A stretch of DNA of 30,031 nt from Zygnema circumcarinatum SAG 698-1b (Eukaryota; Plantae; Zygnematophyceae): the NCBI GenBank assembly GCA_037447605.1, contig JBBHKD010000025.1, positions 1-30,031 on the forward strand, in the 5' to 3' direction. The first letter of the stretch is position 1. Every line of letters begins with the position of its first letter. The translations under genes and the position numbers were made by a program. The notes under the pieces are model-generated. The model saw only the letters and a list, made by a program, of their open reading frames with translations. It was not told the origin of the DNA and ran no database searches. This document shows positions 11,560-24,250 of the stretch, piece after piece.

Positions 11560-14500
11560 CTGAGAAATTTCGGTGCAAAAGAGTAAAAGACAAAAACGTT
11601 ATGTATAACAGAGTGGACGTGTATAGGAACGCAACCTATTGCACGTGTCACTAAAACGTCCATATCTGAATACGGAGAACGCTTAATTAACTCAAACTTT
11701 TTGTGCATACGGCGGACTCACTGTAGAGTGACGCTGAGAAATTTCGGTGCAAAAGCGTAAAAGACAAAAACGTTATGTATAACGGAGTGGACGTGTATAG
11801 GAACGCAACCTATAGCACGTGTCACAAAAACGTCCATATCTGAATAGGGAGAACGCCAAATGGACTCAATCTTTTTGTGCATACGGCGGACACACAGTAG
11901 AGTGACGCTAAGAAATTTCGGAGCACAAAAGTAAAAGACAAAAAAGTTATATTTAATGGAGTGGACGGTGTAGAAAAGCACCAACTTATTGATGGTGTCA
12001 CAAAAATGTCCAGATTTGAGGGGATAATGCTTAATTGATCTAATTTTTTCTGTATACCTAATCACTTGGAGTGAATGCTGAGAAATTTCGGTGCAAAAGA
12101 ATAAAAGACAAAAAAGTTATGTATAACGGAGTGGACGCTGTATAGGAATGCAACTCATTGCATGTGTCAGAAAACGTCCATATCAGGTTAGGGAGAACGC
12201 TTAATTGACTCTAACTTTTTGTGCATACGGCGGACTCACTATAGAGTGACGATGAGAAATTTAGGTGCAAAAAAATAAAAGACAAAAATATTATATATAA
12301 CGGAGTGGACGTGTATAGGAACGCAACCTATTGCACGTGTCACAAAAACGTCCATATTTGAATGGGGAGAACGCCAAATTGACTCAAACTTTTTGTGCAT
12401 ACGGCGGACTCACTATAGAGTGACGATGAGAAATTTCGGTGCAAAAGAATAAAAGACAAAAAAGTTATGTATAACGGAGTGGACGTGTATAGGAACGCAA
12501 CCTATTTCACGTGTCACAAAAACGTCCATATCTGAATAGGGAGAACGCCAAATGGACTCAATCTTTTTGTGCATACGGCGGACACACAGTAGAGTGACGC
12601 TAAGAAATTTCGGAGCACAAAAGTAAAAGACAAAAAAGTTATATATAACGGAGTGGACGTGTATAGGAACGCAACCTATTGCACGTGTCACAAAAACGTC
12701 CATATCTGAATAGGGAGAACGCTTAAATGACTCAAACTTTTTGTGCATACGGCGGACTCACTGTAGAGTAACGCTGCGAAATTTCGGTGCAAAAGAGTAA
12801 AAGAAAAAATAGTTATGTATAACGGAATGGACATGTATAGGAACACAACTTATTGCACGTGTCACAAAAACGTCCATATCTGAATAGGGAGAACGCTTAA
12901 TTGACTCAAACTTTTTGTGCATACGGCGGACTCACTGTAGAGTGACGCTCAGAAATTTCGGTGCAAAAGAGTAAAAGACAAAAAAGTTATGTATAACGGA
13001 GTGGACATGTATAGGAACGCAACTTATTGCACGTGTCACAAAAACGTCCATATCTGAATAAGGAGAACGCCAAATGGACTCAATCTTTTTGTGCATACGG
13101 CGGACACACAGTAGAGTGACGCTGAGAAATTTCGGTGCAAAAGAGTAAAAGACAAAAAAGTTATGTATAACGGAGTGGACATGTATAGGAACGCAACTTA
13201 TTGCACGTGTCACAAAAACGTCCATATCTGAATAGGGACAACGCTTAATTGACTCAAACTTTTTGTGCATACGGCGGACTCACTGTAGAGTGACGCTGAG
13301 AAATTTCGGTGCAAAAGAATAAAAGACAAAAAAGTTATGTATAACGGAGTGGACGTGTATAGGAACGCAACTTTTTGCACGTGTCACAAAAACGTCCATA
13401 TCTGAATAGGGAGAACGCTTAATGGACTCAAACTTTTTGTGCATACGGCGGACTCACTGTAGAGTGACGCTGAGAAATTTCGGTGCAAAAGAGTAAAAGA
13501 CAAAATAGTTACGTATAAACGAAGTGGAGATGCACAAGGATCAACTCATCGCACGTGTTTACAAAAATGTTCATATCTTGAATAAGGACAATGCTTAATT
13601 GACTCAAACTTTTTGTGCATACGGTGGATTTACTTGGAGAGTGACGCTGAGAAATTTCGGTGCAAAAGAATAAAAGACAAAAAAGTTAACATAAACTGGA
13701 GTGGACGTGTATAGGAATCGCAATCTACTTGGGTGTTAATAAAAGGGTCCATAGCTGAGTTAAAGGAGAATGCTTAATTATTCTCAAACTTTTTGTGCAT
13801 ACGGCGGATCACTTGGAGTGACGCTGAGAAATTTCGGTGCAAAAGAGTAAAAGACAAAAGAGTTATGTATAACGGAGTGGACATGTATAGGAACGCAACT
13901 TATTGCACGTGTCACAAAAACGTCCATATCTGAATAGGGACAACGCTTAATTGACTCTAAACTTTATGTGCATACGGCGGACTCACTGTAGAGTGACGCT
14001 GACAAATTTCGGTGCAAAAGAGTAAAAGACAAAAAAGTTATGTACAACGGACTGGACATGTATAGGAGCGCAACTTATTGCATGTGTCACAAAAACGTCC
14101 ATATCTGAATAGGGAGAACGCTTAATTGACTCAAACTTTTTGTGCATACGGCGGACTCAGTGTAGAGTGCCGCTAAGAAATTTCGGTGCAAAAGAGTAAA
14201 AGACAAAAAAGTTATGTATAACGGAGTTGACATGTATAGGAACGCAACTTATTGCACGTGTCACAAAAACGTCCATATCTGAATAGGGACAACGCTTAAT
14301 TGACTCAAACTTTTTGTGCATACGGCGGACTCACTATAGAGTAACGCTGCGAAATTTCGGTGCAAAAGAGTAAAAGACAAAAACGTTATGTATAACAGAG
14401 TGGACGTGTATAGGAACGCAACCTATTGCACGTGTCACAAAAACGTCCATATCTGAATAGGGAGAACGCTTAATTGACTCAAACTTGTTGTGCATACGGC

Positions 14501-15900
14501 GGACTCACTGTAGAGTGACGCTAAGAAATTTCGGTGCAAAAGAAAAAAAGACAAAAAATTTATGTATAACGGAGTGGACATGTATAGGAACGCAACTTAT
14601 TGCACGTGTCACAAAAACGTCCATATCTGAATAAGGAGAACGCCAAATGGACTCAATCTTTTTGTGCATACGGCGGACACACAGTAGAGTGACGCTAAGA
14701 AATTTCGGAGCGCAAAAGTAAAAGACAAAAAAGTTATATATAACGGAAAGGACGTGTATACGAACGCAACCTATTGCACGTGTCAAAAAAACGTCCATAT
14801 CTGAATAGAAAGAACGCCAAATTGACTCAAACGTTTTGTGCATACGGCGGACTCATCAGGAGTGACGCTGAGAAATTTCGGTGCAAAAAGAGTAAAAGAC
14901 AAAAGTTATGTATAACGGAGGGACATGTATAGGAACGCGAACTTATTGCACGCTGCCACAAAAACGGCCCATATTGAATAACAGGGAAAACGCCAACTTG
15001 TCTCAATCTTCTTGTGCATACGGCGGATTCACTGTAGAGTAACGCTGAGAAATTTCGGTGCACAAAACTAAAAGACAAAAAAGTTATATATAACGGAGTG
15101 GACGTGTATACGAACGCAGCCTATAGCACGTGTCACAAAAACGTCAGTATCTGAATAGGGAGAACGCCAAATGGACTCAATCTTTTTGTGCATACGGCGG
15201 ACACACAGTAGAGTGACGCTAAGAAATTTCGGAGCACAAAAGTAAAATACAAAAAAGTTATATTTAACGGAGTGGACGTGTATAGGAACGCAACTTATTG
15301 CACGTGTCACAAAAACGTCCATATCTGAATAGGGACAACGCTTAATTGACTCAAACTTTTTGTGCATACGGCGGACTCATTGTAGAGTGACGCTGACAAA
15401 TTTCAGTGCAAAAGAATAAAAGACAAAAAAGTTATGTATAACGGAGTGGACGTGTATAGGAACGCAACCTATTGCACGTGTCACGAAAACGTCCATATCT
15501 GAATAGGGAGAACGCTTAATTGACTCAAACTTTTTGTGCATACGGCGGACTCACTGTAGAGTGACGCTGAGAAATTTCGGTATGAAAGAGTAAAAGACAA
15601 AAACGTTATGTATAACAGAGTGGACGTGTATAGGAACGCAACCTATTGCACGTGTCACTAAAACGTCCATATGTGAATAGGGAGAACGCTTAATTGACTC
15701 AAACTTTTTGTGCATACGGCGGACTCACTGTAGAGTGACGCTGAGAATTTTCGGTGCAAAAGCGTAAAAGACAAAAACGTTATGTATAACGGAGTGGACG
15801 TGTATAGGAACGCAACCTATTGCACGTGTCACAAAAACGTCCATATCTGAATAGGGAGAACGCTTAATTGACTCAAACTTTTTGTGCATACGGCGGACTC
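11560..15900 (+). repeat. Copy 1 of a large intra-array duplication (copy 2 at ~23900-29150)
   Basis: Rare markers in the same order in both copies: TACGGAG 11671/24076, ATCAGGTTAG 12182/24591, GTAACGC(T/C)GCG after CTTAAATGAC 12768/25176, CCAAATGG 13070/25493, AAAATAGTT ~13502/25928, TCAGTGTAGAGTGCCGCTAAG 14157/26585, and GGTATGAAAG 15581/28897. Confidence 0.85.
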
Positions 15901-18900
15901 ACTGTAGAGTGACGCTGGGAAATTTCGGTGCAAAAGAGTAAAAGACAAAAAAGTTATGAATAACGGAGTGGACGTGTATAGGAACGCAACCTATTACACC
16001 TGTCACAAAAACGTCCATATCTGAAAAGAAAGAACGCCAAATTGACTCAAACGTTTTGAGCATACGGCGGACTCACTGTAGAGTGACGCTGAGAAATTTC
16101 GGTGCAAAAGAGTAAAAGACAAAAAAGTTATGTATAACGGAGTGGACATGTATAGGAACGCAACTTATTGCACGTGTCACAAAAACGTCCATATCTGAAT
16201 AGGGACAACGCTTAATTGACTCAAACTTTTTGTGCATACGGCGGACTCACTGTAGAGTGACGCTGAGAAATTTCGGTGCAAAAGAGTAAAAGACAAAAAA
16301 GTTATGTATAACGGAGTGGACATGTATAGGAACGCAACTTATTGCACGTGTCACAAAAACGTCCATATCTGAATAGGGACAACGCTTAATTGACTCAAAC
16401 TTTTTGTGCATACGGCGGACTCACTGTAGAGTGACGCTGAGAAATTCCCTCGGTGCAAAAAGAATAAAAAGACAAAAAAGTTACAGGTATAACGGAGTGG
16501 ACGTATAGGAACGTGCGCGAACCTTATTGCACGCGGTCACAAAAAACGTCCATATCTGAATAGGGAGAACGCTTAATTGACTCAAACTTTTTGTGCATAC
16601 GGCGGACTCACTGTAGAGTGACGCTGAGAAATTCGGTGCAAAAGAGTAAAAGACAAAAAAGTTATGTATAACGGAGTGGACATGTATAGGAACGCAACTT
16701 ATTGCACGTGTCACAAAAACGTCCATATCTGAATAGGGACAACGCTTAATTGACTCAAACTTTTTGTGCATACGGCGGACTAACTGTAGAGTGACGCTGA
16801 GAAATTTCGGTGCAAAAGAATAAAAGACAAAAAAGTTATGCATAACGGAGTGGACGTATAGAACGCTAAATCCTTATCGTGGGTGACGTGTCACAAAAAA
16901 CGCCCATATCTGGAATAGGGAGAACGCTTTTAATTGACTCAAACTTTAGGCATGCCGGCGGACTGTAGTGTAGAGTGCCGCTAAGAAATTTCGATGCAAA
17001 AGAGCAAACGACAAAAAAGTTATGTATAACGGAGTTGACCTGTATAGGAACGCAACTTATTGCACGTGTCACAAAAACGTCCATATCCGAATCGGGACAA
17101 CGCTTAATTGACTCAAACTTTTTGTGCATACGGCGGACTCACTATAGAGTAACGCTGCGAAATTTCGGTGCAAAAGAGTAAAAGACAAAAACGTTATGTA
17201 TAACGGAGTGGACGTGTATAGGAACGCAACCTATTGCACGTGTCACAAAAACGTCCATATCTGAATAGGGAGAACGCTTAATTGACTCAAACTTGTTGTG
17301 CATACGGCGGACTCACTGTAGAGTGACGCTAAGAAATTTCGGTGCAAAAGAAAAAAAGACAAAAAAGTTATGTATAACGGAGTGGACATGTATAGGAACG
17401 CAACTTATTGCACGTGTCACAAAAACGTCCATATCTGAATAAGGAGAACGCCAAATGGACTCAATCTTTTTGTGCATACGGCGGACACACAGTAGAGTGA
17501 CGCTAAGAAATTTCGGAGCACAAAAGTAAAAGACAAAAAAGTTATATATAACGGAGTGGACGTGTATACGAACGCAACCTATTGCACGTGTCAAAAAAAC
17601 GTCCATATCTGAATAGAAAGAACGCCAAATTGACTCAAACGTTTTGTGCATACGGCGGACTCACTGTAGAGTGACGCTGAGAAATTTCGGTGCAAAAGAG
17701 TAAAAGACAAAAAAGTTATGTATAACGGAGTGGACATGTATAGGAACGCAACTTATTGCACGTGTCACAAAAACGTCCATATTTGAATAGGGAAAACGCC
17801 AAATTGACTCAAACTTTTTGTGCATACGGCGGATTCACTGTAGAGTAACGCTGAGAAATTTCGGTGCACAAAACTAAAAGACAAAAAAGTTATATATAAC
17901 GGAGTGGACGTGTATACGAACGCAGCCTATAGCACGTGTCACAAAAACGTCAGTATCTGAATAGGGAGAACGCCAAATGGACTCAATCTTTTTGTGCATA
18001 CGGCGGACACACAGTAGAGTGACGCTAAGAAATTTCGGAGCACAAAAGTAAAAGACAAAAAAGTTATATTTAACGGAGTGGACGTGTATAGGAACGCAAC
18101 TTATTGCACGTGTCACAAAAACGTCCATATCTGAATAGGGACAACGCTTAATTGACTCAAACTTTTTGTGCATACGGCGGACTCATTGTAGAGTGACGCT
18201 GACAAATTTCAGTGCAAAAGAATAAAAGACAAAAAAGTTATGTATAACGGAGTGGGACGTGTATAGGAACGCAACCTATTGCACGTGTCACAAAAACGTC
18301 CATATCTGAATAGGGAGAACGCTTAATTGACTTAAACTTTTTGTGCATACGGCGGACCTCAATTGTAGAGTGACGCTGAGAAATCCCCGGTGTGAAAGAG
18401 TAAAAAGACAAAACGTTATGGTGCAATCAGAGTGGACGTATGAACGCTAACCTATTGCACGTGTCACAAAACGCCCATATGTGAATAGGAGAACGCTTAA
18501 TTGACTCAAACTTTTTGTGCATACGGCGGACTCACTGTGAAAGGACGCTGGAGAATTTCGGTGCAAAAGCGTAAAAGACAAAAACGTTATGTATAACGGA
18601 GTGGACGTGTATAGGAACGCAACCTATTGCACGTGTCACAAAAACGTCCATATCTGAATAGGGAGAACGCTTAATTGACTCAAACTTTTTGTGCATACGG
18701 CGGACTCACTGTAGAGTGACGCTGAGAAATTTCGGTGCAAAAGAGTAAAAGACAAAAAAGTTATGAATAACGGAGTGGACGTGTATAGGAACGCAACCTA
18801 TTACACGTGTCACAAAAACGTCCATATCTGAAAAGAAAGAACGCCAAATTGACTCAAACGTTTTGAGCATACGGCGGACTCACTGTAGAGTGACGCTGAG

Positions 18901-19010
18901 AAATTTCGGTGCAAAAGAGTAAAAGACAAAAAAGTTATGTATAACGGAGTGGACATGTATAGGAACGCAACTTATTGCACGTGTCACAAAAACGTCCATA
19001 TCTGAATAGG
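14100..19010 (+). repeat. ~12-monomer block duplicated at a 16-monomer offset (~2.8 kb)
   Basis: GTAACGCTGCG at 14341/17149, AACTTGTTG at 14482/17290, CCAAATGG at 14643/17451 and 15167/17973, CATATGTG at 15668/18476, and CTGAAAAGAAAG at 16021/18828. Offsets are 2806-2808, and I counted 16 monomers between equivalent markers. Confidence 0.88.
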
Positions 19011-21469
19011 GACAACGCTTAATTGACTCAAACTTTTTGTGCATACGGCGGACTCACCAGAGTGACGCTGAGAAATTCCCCGGTGCAAAAGAATAAAAAG
19101 ACAAAAAGTTATGTATAACGGAGCCGACGCAGATGTGAACGTTGGGAACCTATCATCGCGACGTCACAAAAACGTCCATATCTGAATAGTGTGGAGAACG
19201 CTACTGATTCAAACTTTTTGTGCATACGGCGGACTCACTGTAGAGTGACGCTGGAGAAATTCTGGTGCAAAAAGAAAGAAAAGACAAAACGTTATGTAGC
19301 AACGTGAGCCGGACGGTATAGAATCCAACCTATTGCACGCGGTCACTAAAAACGTCCATATCTGAATAGGGAGAACGCTTAATTGACTCAAACTTTTTGT
19401 GCATACGGCGGACTCACTGTAGAGTGACGCTGAGAAATTTCGGTGCAAAAGAATAAAAGACAAAAACGTAATGTATAACGGAGTGGACGTGTATAGGAAC
19501 GCAACCTATTGCACGTGTCACAAAAACGTCCATATCTGAATAGGGAGAACGCTTAATTAACTCAAACTTTTTGTGCATACGGCGGACTCACTGTAGAGTG
19601 ACGCTGAGAAATTTCGGTGCAAAAGAGTAAAAGACAAAAAAGTTATGAATAACGGAGTGGACGTGTATAGGAACGCAACCTATTACACCTGTCACAAAAA
19701 CGTCCATATCTGAAAAGAAAGAACGCCAAATTGACTCAAACGTTTTGAGCATACGGCGGACTCACTGTAGAGTGACGCTGAGAAATTTCGGTGCAAAAGA
19801 GTAAAAGACAAAAAAGTTATGTATAACGGAGTGGACATGTATAGGAACGCAACTTATTGCACGTGTCACAAAAACGTCCATATCTGAATAGGGACAGCGC
19901 TTAATTGACTCAAACTTTTTGTGCATACGGCGGACTCACTGTAGAGTGACGCTGAGAAATTTCGGTGCAAAAGAATAAAAGACAAAAAAGTTATGTATAA
20001 CGGAGTGGACGTGTATAGGAACGGAACCTATTGCACGTGTCACAAAAACGTCCATATCTGAATAGGGAGAACGCTTAATTGACTCAAACTTTTTGTGCAT
20101 ACGGCGGACTCACTGTAGAGTGACGCTGAGAAATTTCGGTGCAAAAGAGTAAAAGAGAAAAAAATTATGTATAACGGAGTGGACGTGTATAGGAACGCAA
20201 CCGATTGCACGTGTCACAAAAACGTCCATATCTGAATGGGGAGAACGCTTAATTGACTCAAACTTTTTTTGCATACGGCGGACTCACTGTATAGTGACGC
20301 TGAGAAATTTCGGTGCAAAAGATTAAAAGAAAAAAACGTTATGTATAACGGAGTGGACATGTATAGGAACGCAACCTATTGCACGGGTCACAAAAACGTC
20401 CATATCTGAATAGGGAGAACGCTTAATTGACTCAAACTTTTTGTGCATACGGCGGACTCACTGTAGAGTGACGCTGAGAAATTTCGGTGCAAAAGAATAA
20501 AAGACAAAAAAGTTATGTATAACGGAGTGGACGTGTATAGGAACGCAACCTATTGCACGTGTCACAAAAACGTCCATATCTGAATAGAAAGATTGCTTAA
20601 TTGACTCAAACTTTTTTTGCATACGGCGGACTCACTGTAGAGTGACGCTGAGAAATTTCGGTGCAAAAGAGTAAAAGACAAAAAAGTTATGTATAACGGA
20701 GTGGACATGTATAGGAACGCAACTTATTGCACGTGTCACAAAAACGTCCATATCTGAATAGGGACAACGCTTAATTGACTCAAACTTTTTGTGCATACGG
20801 AGGACTCACTGTAGAGTGACGCTGAGAAATTTCGGTGCTAAAGAATAAAAGACAAAAACGGAATAGCTTAAGGAAGGGACAGAGAGAGGAACGCAATGTA
20901 TTGCACGGGTCACAAAAACGTCCATATCAGAATAGGGAGAACGCTTAATTCGACTCAAACTTTTTGTGCATACGGCGGACTCAATCGGTGAGTGACGCTG
21001 AGAAATTCCCTGGTGCAAAAGTATAAAAAGACAAAAACGTTATGTATAACAGAGTGGACGTGTATAGGAACGCAACCTATTGCACGTGTCACTAAAACGT
21101 CCATATCTGAATACGGAGAACGCTTAATTAACTCAAACTTTTTGTGCATACGGCGGACTCACTGTAGAGTGACGCTGAGAAATTTCGGTGCAAAAGCGTA
21201 AAAGACAAAAACGTTATGTATAACGGAGTGGACGTGTATACGAACGCAACCTATAGCACGTGTCACAAAAACGTCCATATCTGAATAGGGAGAACGCCAA
21301 ATGGACTCAAACGTTTTGTGCATACGGCGGACACACAGTAGAGTGACGCTAAGAAATTTCGGAGCAAAAAAGTAAAAGACAAAAAGTTATATTTAACGGA
21401 GTGGACGTGTATAGGAACGCAACTTATTGCACGTGTCACAAAAACGTCCATATCTGAATAGGGACAACG

Positions 21470-22680
21470 CTTAATTGACCTCAAACTTTTGCGATACGGC
21501 GGACTCACATCAGAGACCGACGGGCCGCAGAATTTCGGTGCAAAAGCGTAAAGACAAAAAAATCGTTATGTATAACGGAGCCGACGCCAGATAGAACGCA
21601 ACCTATCGCGACGCGTCACAAAAACGTCCATATCCGGTCAGGAGAACGCTTAATTGACTCAAACTTTTTGTGCATACGGCGGACTCACCGGTAGAAATTT
21701 GACGCCGGGAAATTCCCGGGGCGCAAAAGAGTAAAAAGACAAAAGCTATTTAATAATGAGTTTGACGCAGATAGAACGCAACCTATTACACTGCCACAAA
21801 ACGTCCATATTCTGAAAAGAGCATCAACAAATTGACCTCAAACGTTTTGTTGATGGCGGACTCACCGGCAGAGCGACGCTGAGAAATTCCGGTGCAAAAA
21901 GAGTAAAGACAAAAAGTTATGTATAACGGATGTGACACGTGATGAACGCAACTTATCAAGACGCCACAAACGTCCATATCCGGAATAGTGGACAACGCTT
22001 AATTGACTCAAACTTTTGCGATACGGCGGACTCCACCAGGAGCCGAGAAATTCCGGTGCAAAGTTAATAAAAAGACAAAAAGCATGCATAACGGAGCCGA
22101 CGCGTGATAGAACGCGAACCTATCGCGACGCGCCACAAAAACGTCCATATCCGGACAGGTGGAGAACGCTTAATCGACTCTCAAACTTTTGCGATACGCT
22201 GACTCAATCGGGTAGAGCGACAAATGGTAAATTTCGGGCGCAAAAGAAAGAAAAGACAAAAACGTTACGTGATAACGTACCGATCGCAGATAGTGAACGC
22301 GAACTCTACCGCATGCGCCAAAACGTCCATACGTGAATAACAGGAGAATCTTAATTGACTCAAACTTTTGTGCATACGGCGGACCTGCATCAGAGTCGGA
22401 CGCCCGAATCTTCGTGCAAAGCGCAAAGATAAAAACGTTATGTATAACGGATGACGCAGATAGAACGCGAACCTATCGTGACGCGCCACAAAACGTCCAT
22501 ATCCGGTCAGTGGAGAACGCTTTACCTGACTCAAACTTTTTGCGCGATACGGCGACTCACAGTGAGTGACGCTGGGAAATTTCGGTGCAAAAGAGTAAAA
22601 GACAAAAAAGTTATGTATAACGGAGTGGACGTGTATAGAACGGCAGAGTATTGCACCGGGCACGAAAACCTGCATATGTG
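21470..22680. other. Longest indel-rich degraded patch; probable long-read basecalling-error tract
   Basis: Dense 1-3 bp indels and T->C changes relative to consensus (GGAGTGGACG->GGAGCCGACG, CGTGTCAC->CGCGCCAC, TATTGCAC->TATCGCGAC). The underlying 5-monomer HOR phase is still recognisable through it. Confidence 0.75.
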
Positions 22681-24250
22681 AATAGAAAGAACGCCAAATT
22701 GACTCAAACTTTTTGTGCATACGGCGGACTCACTGTAGAGTGACGCTGAGAAATTTCGGTGCAAAAGAGTAAAAGACAAAAAAGTTATGTATAACGGAGT
22801 GGACATGTATAGGAACGCAACTTATTGCACGTGTCACAAAAACGTCCATATCTGAATAGGGACAACGCTTAATTGACGCAAACTTTTTGTGCATACGGCG
22901 GACTCACTGTAGGGTGACGCTGACAAATTTCGGTGCAAAAGAATAAAAGACAAAAAAGTTATGTATAACGGAGTGGACGTGTATAGGAACGCAACCTATT
23001 GCACGTGTCACAAAAACGTCCATATCTGAATAGGGAGAACGCTTAATTGACTCAAACTTTTTGTGCATACGGCGGACTCACTGTAGAGTGACGCTGAGAA
23101 ATTTCGGTGCAAAAGAGTAAAAGACAAAAACGTTATGTATAACAGAGTGGACGTGTATAGGAACGCAACCTATTGCACGTGTCACTAAAACGTCCATATC
23201 TGAATAGGGAGAACGCTTAATTGACTCAAACTTTTTGTGCATACGGCGGACTCACTGTAGAGTGACGCTGAGAAATTTCGGTGCAAAAGCGTAAAAGACA
23301 AAACGTTATGTATAATCTGAGCTGACGTATAGGAACGCGAACCTATTGCACGTGTCACAAAAAACGTCCATATCCGAATAATAGGGAGAACGCTTTAATT
23401 GACTCAAACTTTTGTGCATACGCGGACTCACTGTGGTGAGTGACGCTGGAAATTCTGGCAAAAAGAGTAAAAGACAAAAAAGTTATGAATAACGGAGTGG
23501 ACGTGTATAGGAACGCAACCTATTACACCTGTCAAAAAAACGTCCATATCTGAATAGAAAGAACGCCAAATTGACTCAAACTTTTTGTGCATACGGCGGA
23601 CTCACTGTAGAGTGACGCTGAGAAATTTTGGTGCAAAAGAGTAAAAGACAAAAAAGTTATGTATAACGGAGTGGACATGTATAGGAACGCAACTTATTGC
23701 ACGTGTCACAAAAACGTCCATATCTGAATAGGGACAACGCTTAATTGACTCAAACTTTTGTGCATACGGGTGGACTCATAATCAGAGTGACGCTTGAGAA
23801 ATTTCGGTGCAAAAGAATAAAAAGACAAAAAGCTATGTATGGGAACGGAGCCGACGCGGTATGAACGAACTCATCAGACGTGTCACAAAAACGTCCATAT
23901 CCTAATAGGAGAACGCTTAATTGACTCAAACTTTTTGTGCATACGGCGACTCATCAGAGTGACGCTGAGAAATTCCCGGTGCAAAAGAGGCAAAGATAAA
24001 ACGTTATGGTAAACAGAGTGGACGTCGTATAGAACGCAACTCTATCAGACGGTTACCAAAACGCCCATATCTGAATACGGAGAACGCTTAATTGACTCAA
24101 ACTTTTTGTGCATACGGCGGACTCACTGTAGAGTGACGCTGAGAAATTTCGGTGCAAAAGCGTAAAAGACAAAAACGTTATGTATAACGGAGTGGACGTG
24201 TATAGGAACGCAACCTATAGCACGTGTCACAAAAACGTCCATATCTGAAT
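21620..24250 (+). repeat. 5-monomer HOR (~870 bp), about 3 tandem copies
   Basis: ACAGAG at 23142/24013, GCAAAAGCG-like at 22416/23283/24154, GAAAGAACGCCAAATTG at 22685/23557, and GCTGG(G) at 22571/23445. All offsets are 867-874 (5x174=870). Confidence 0.85.
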
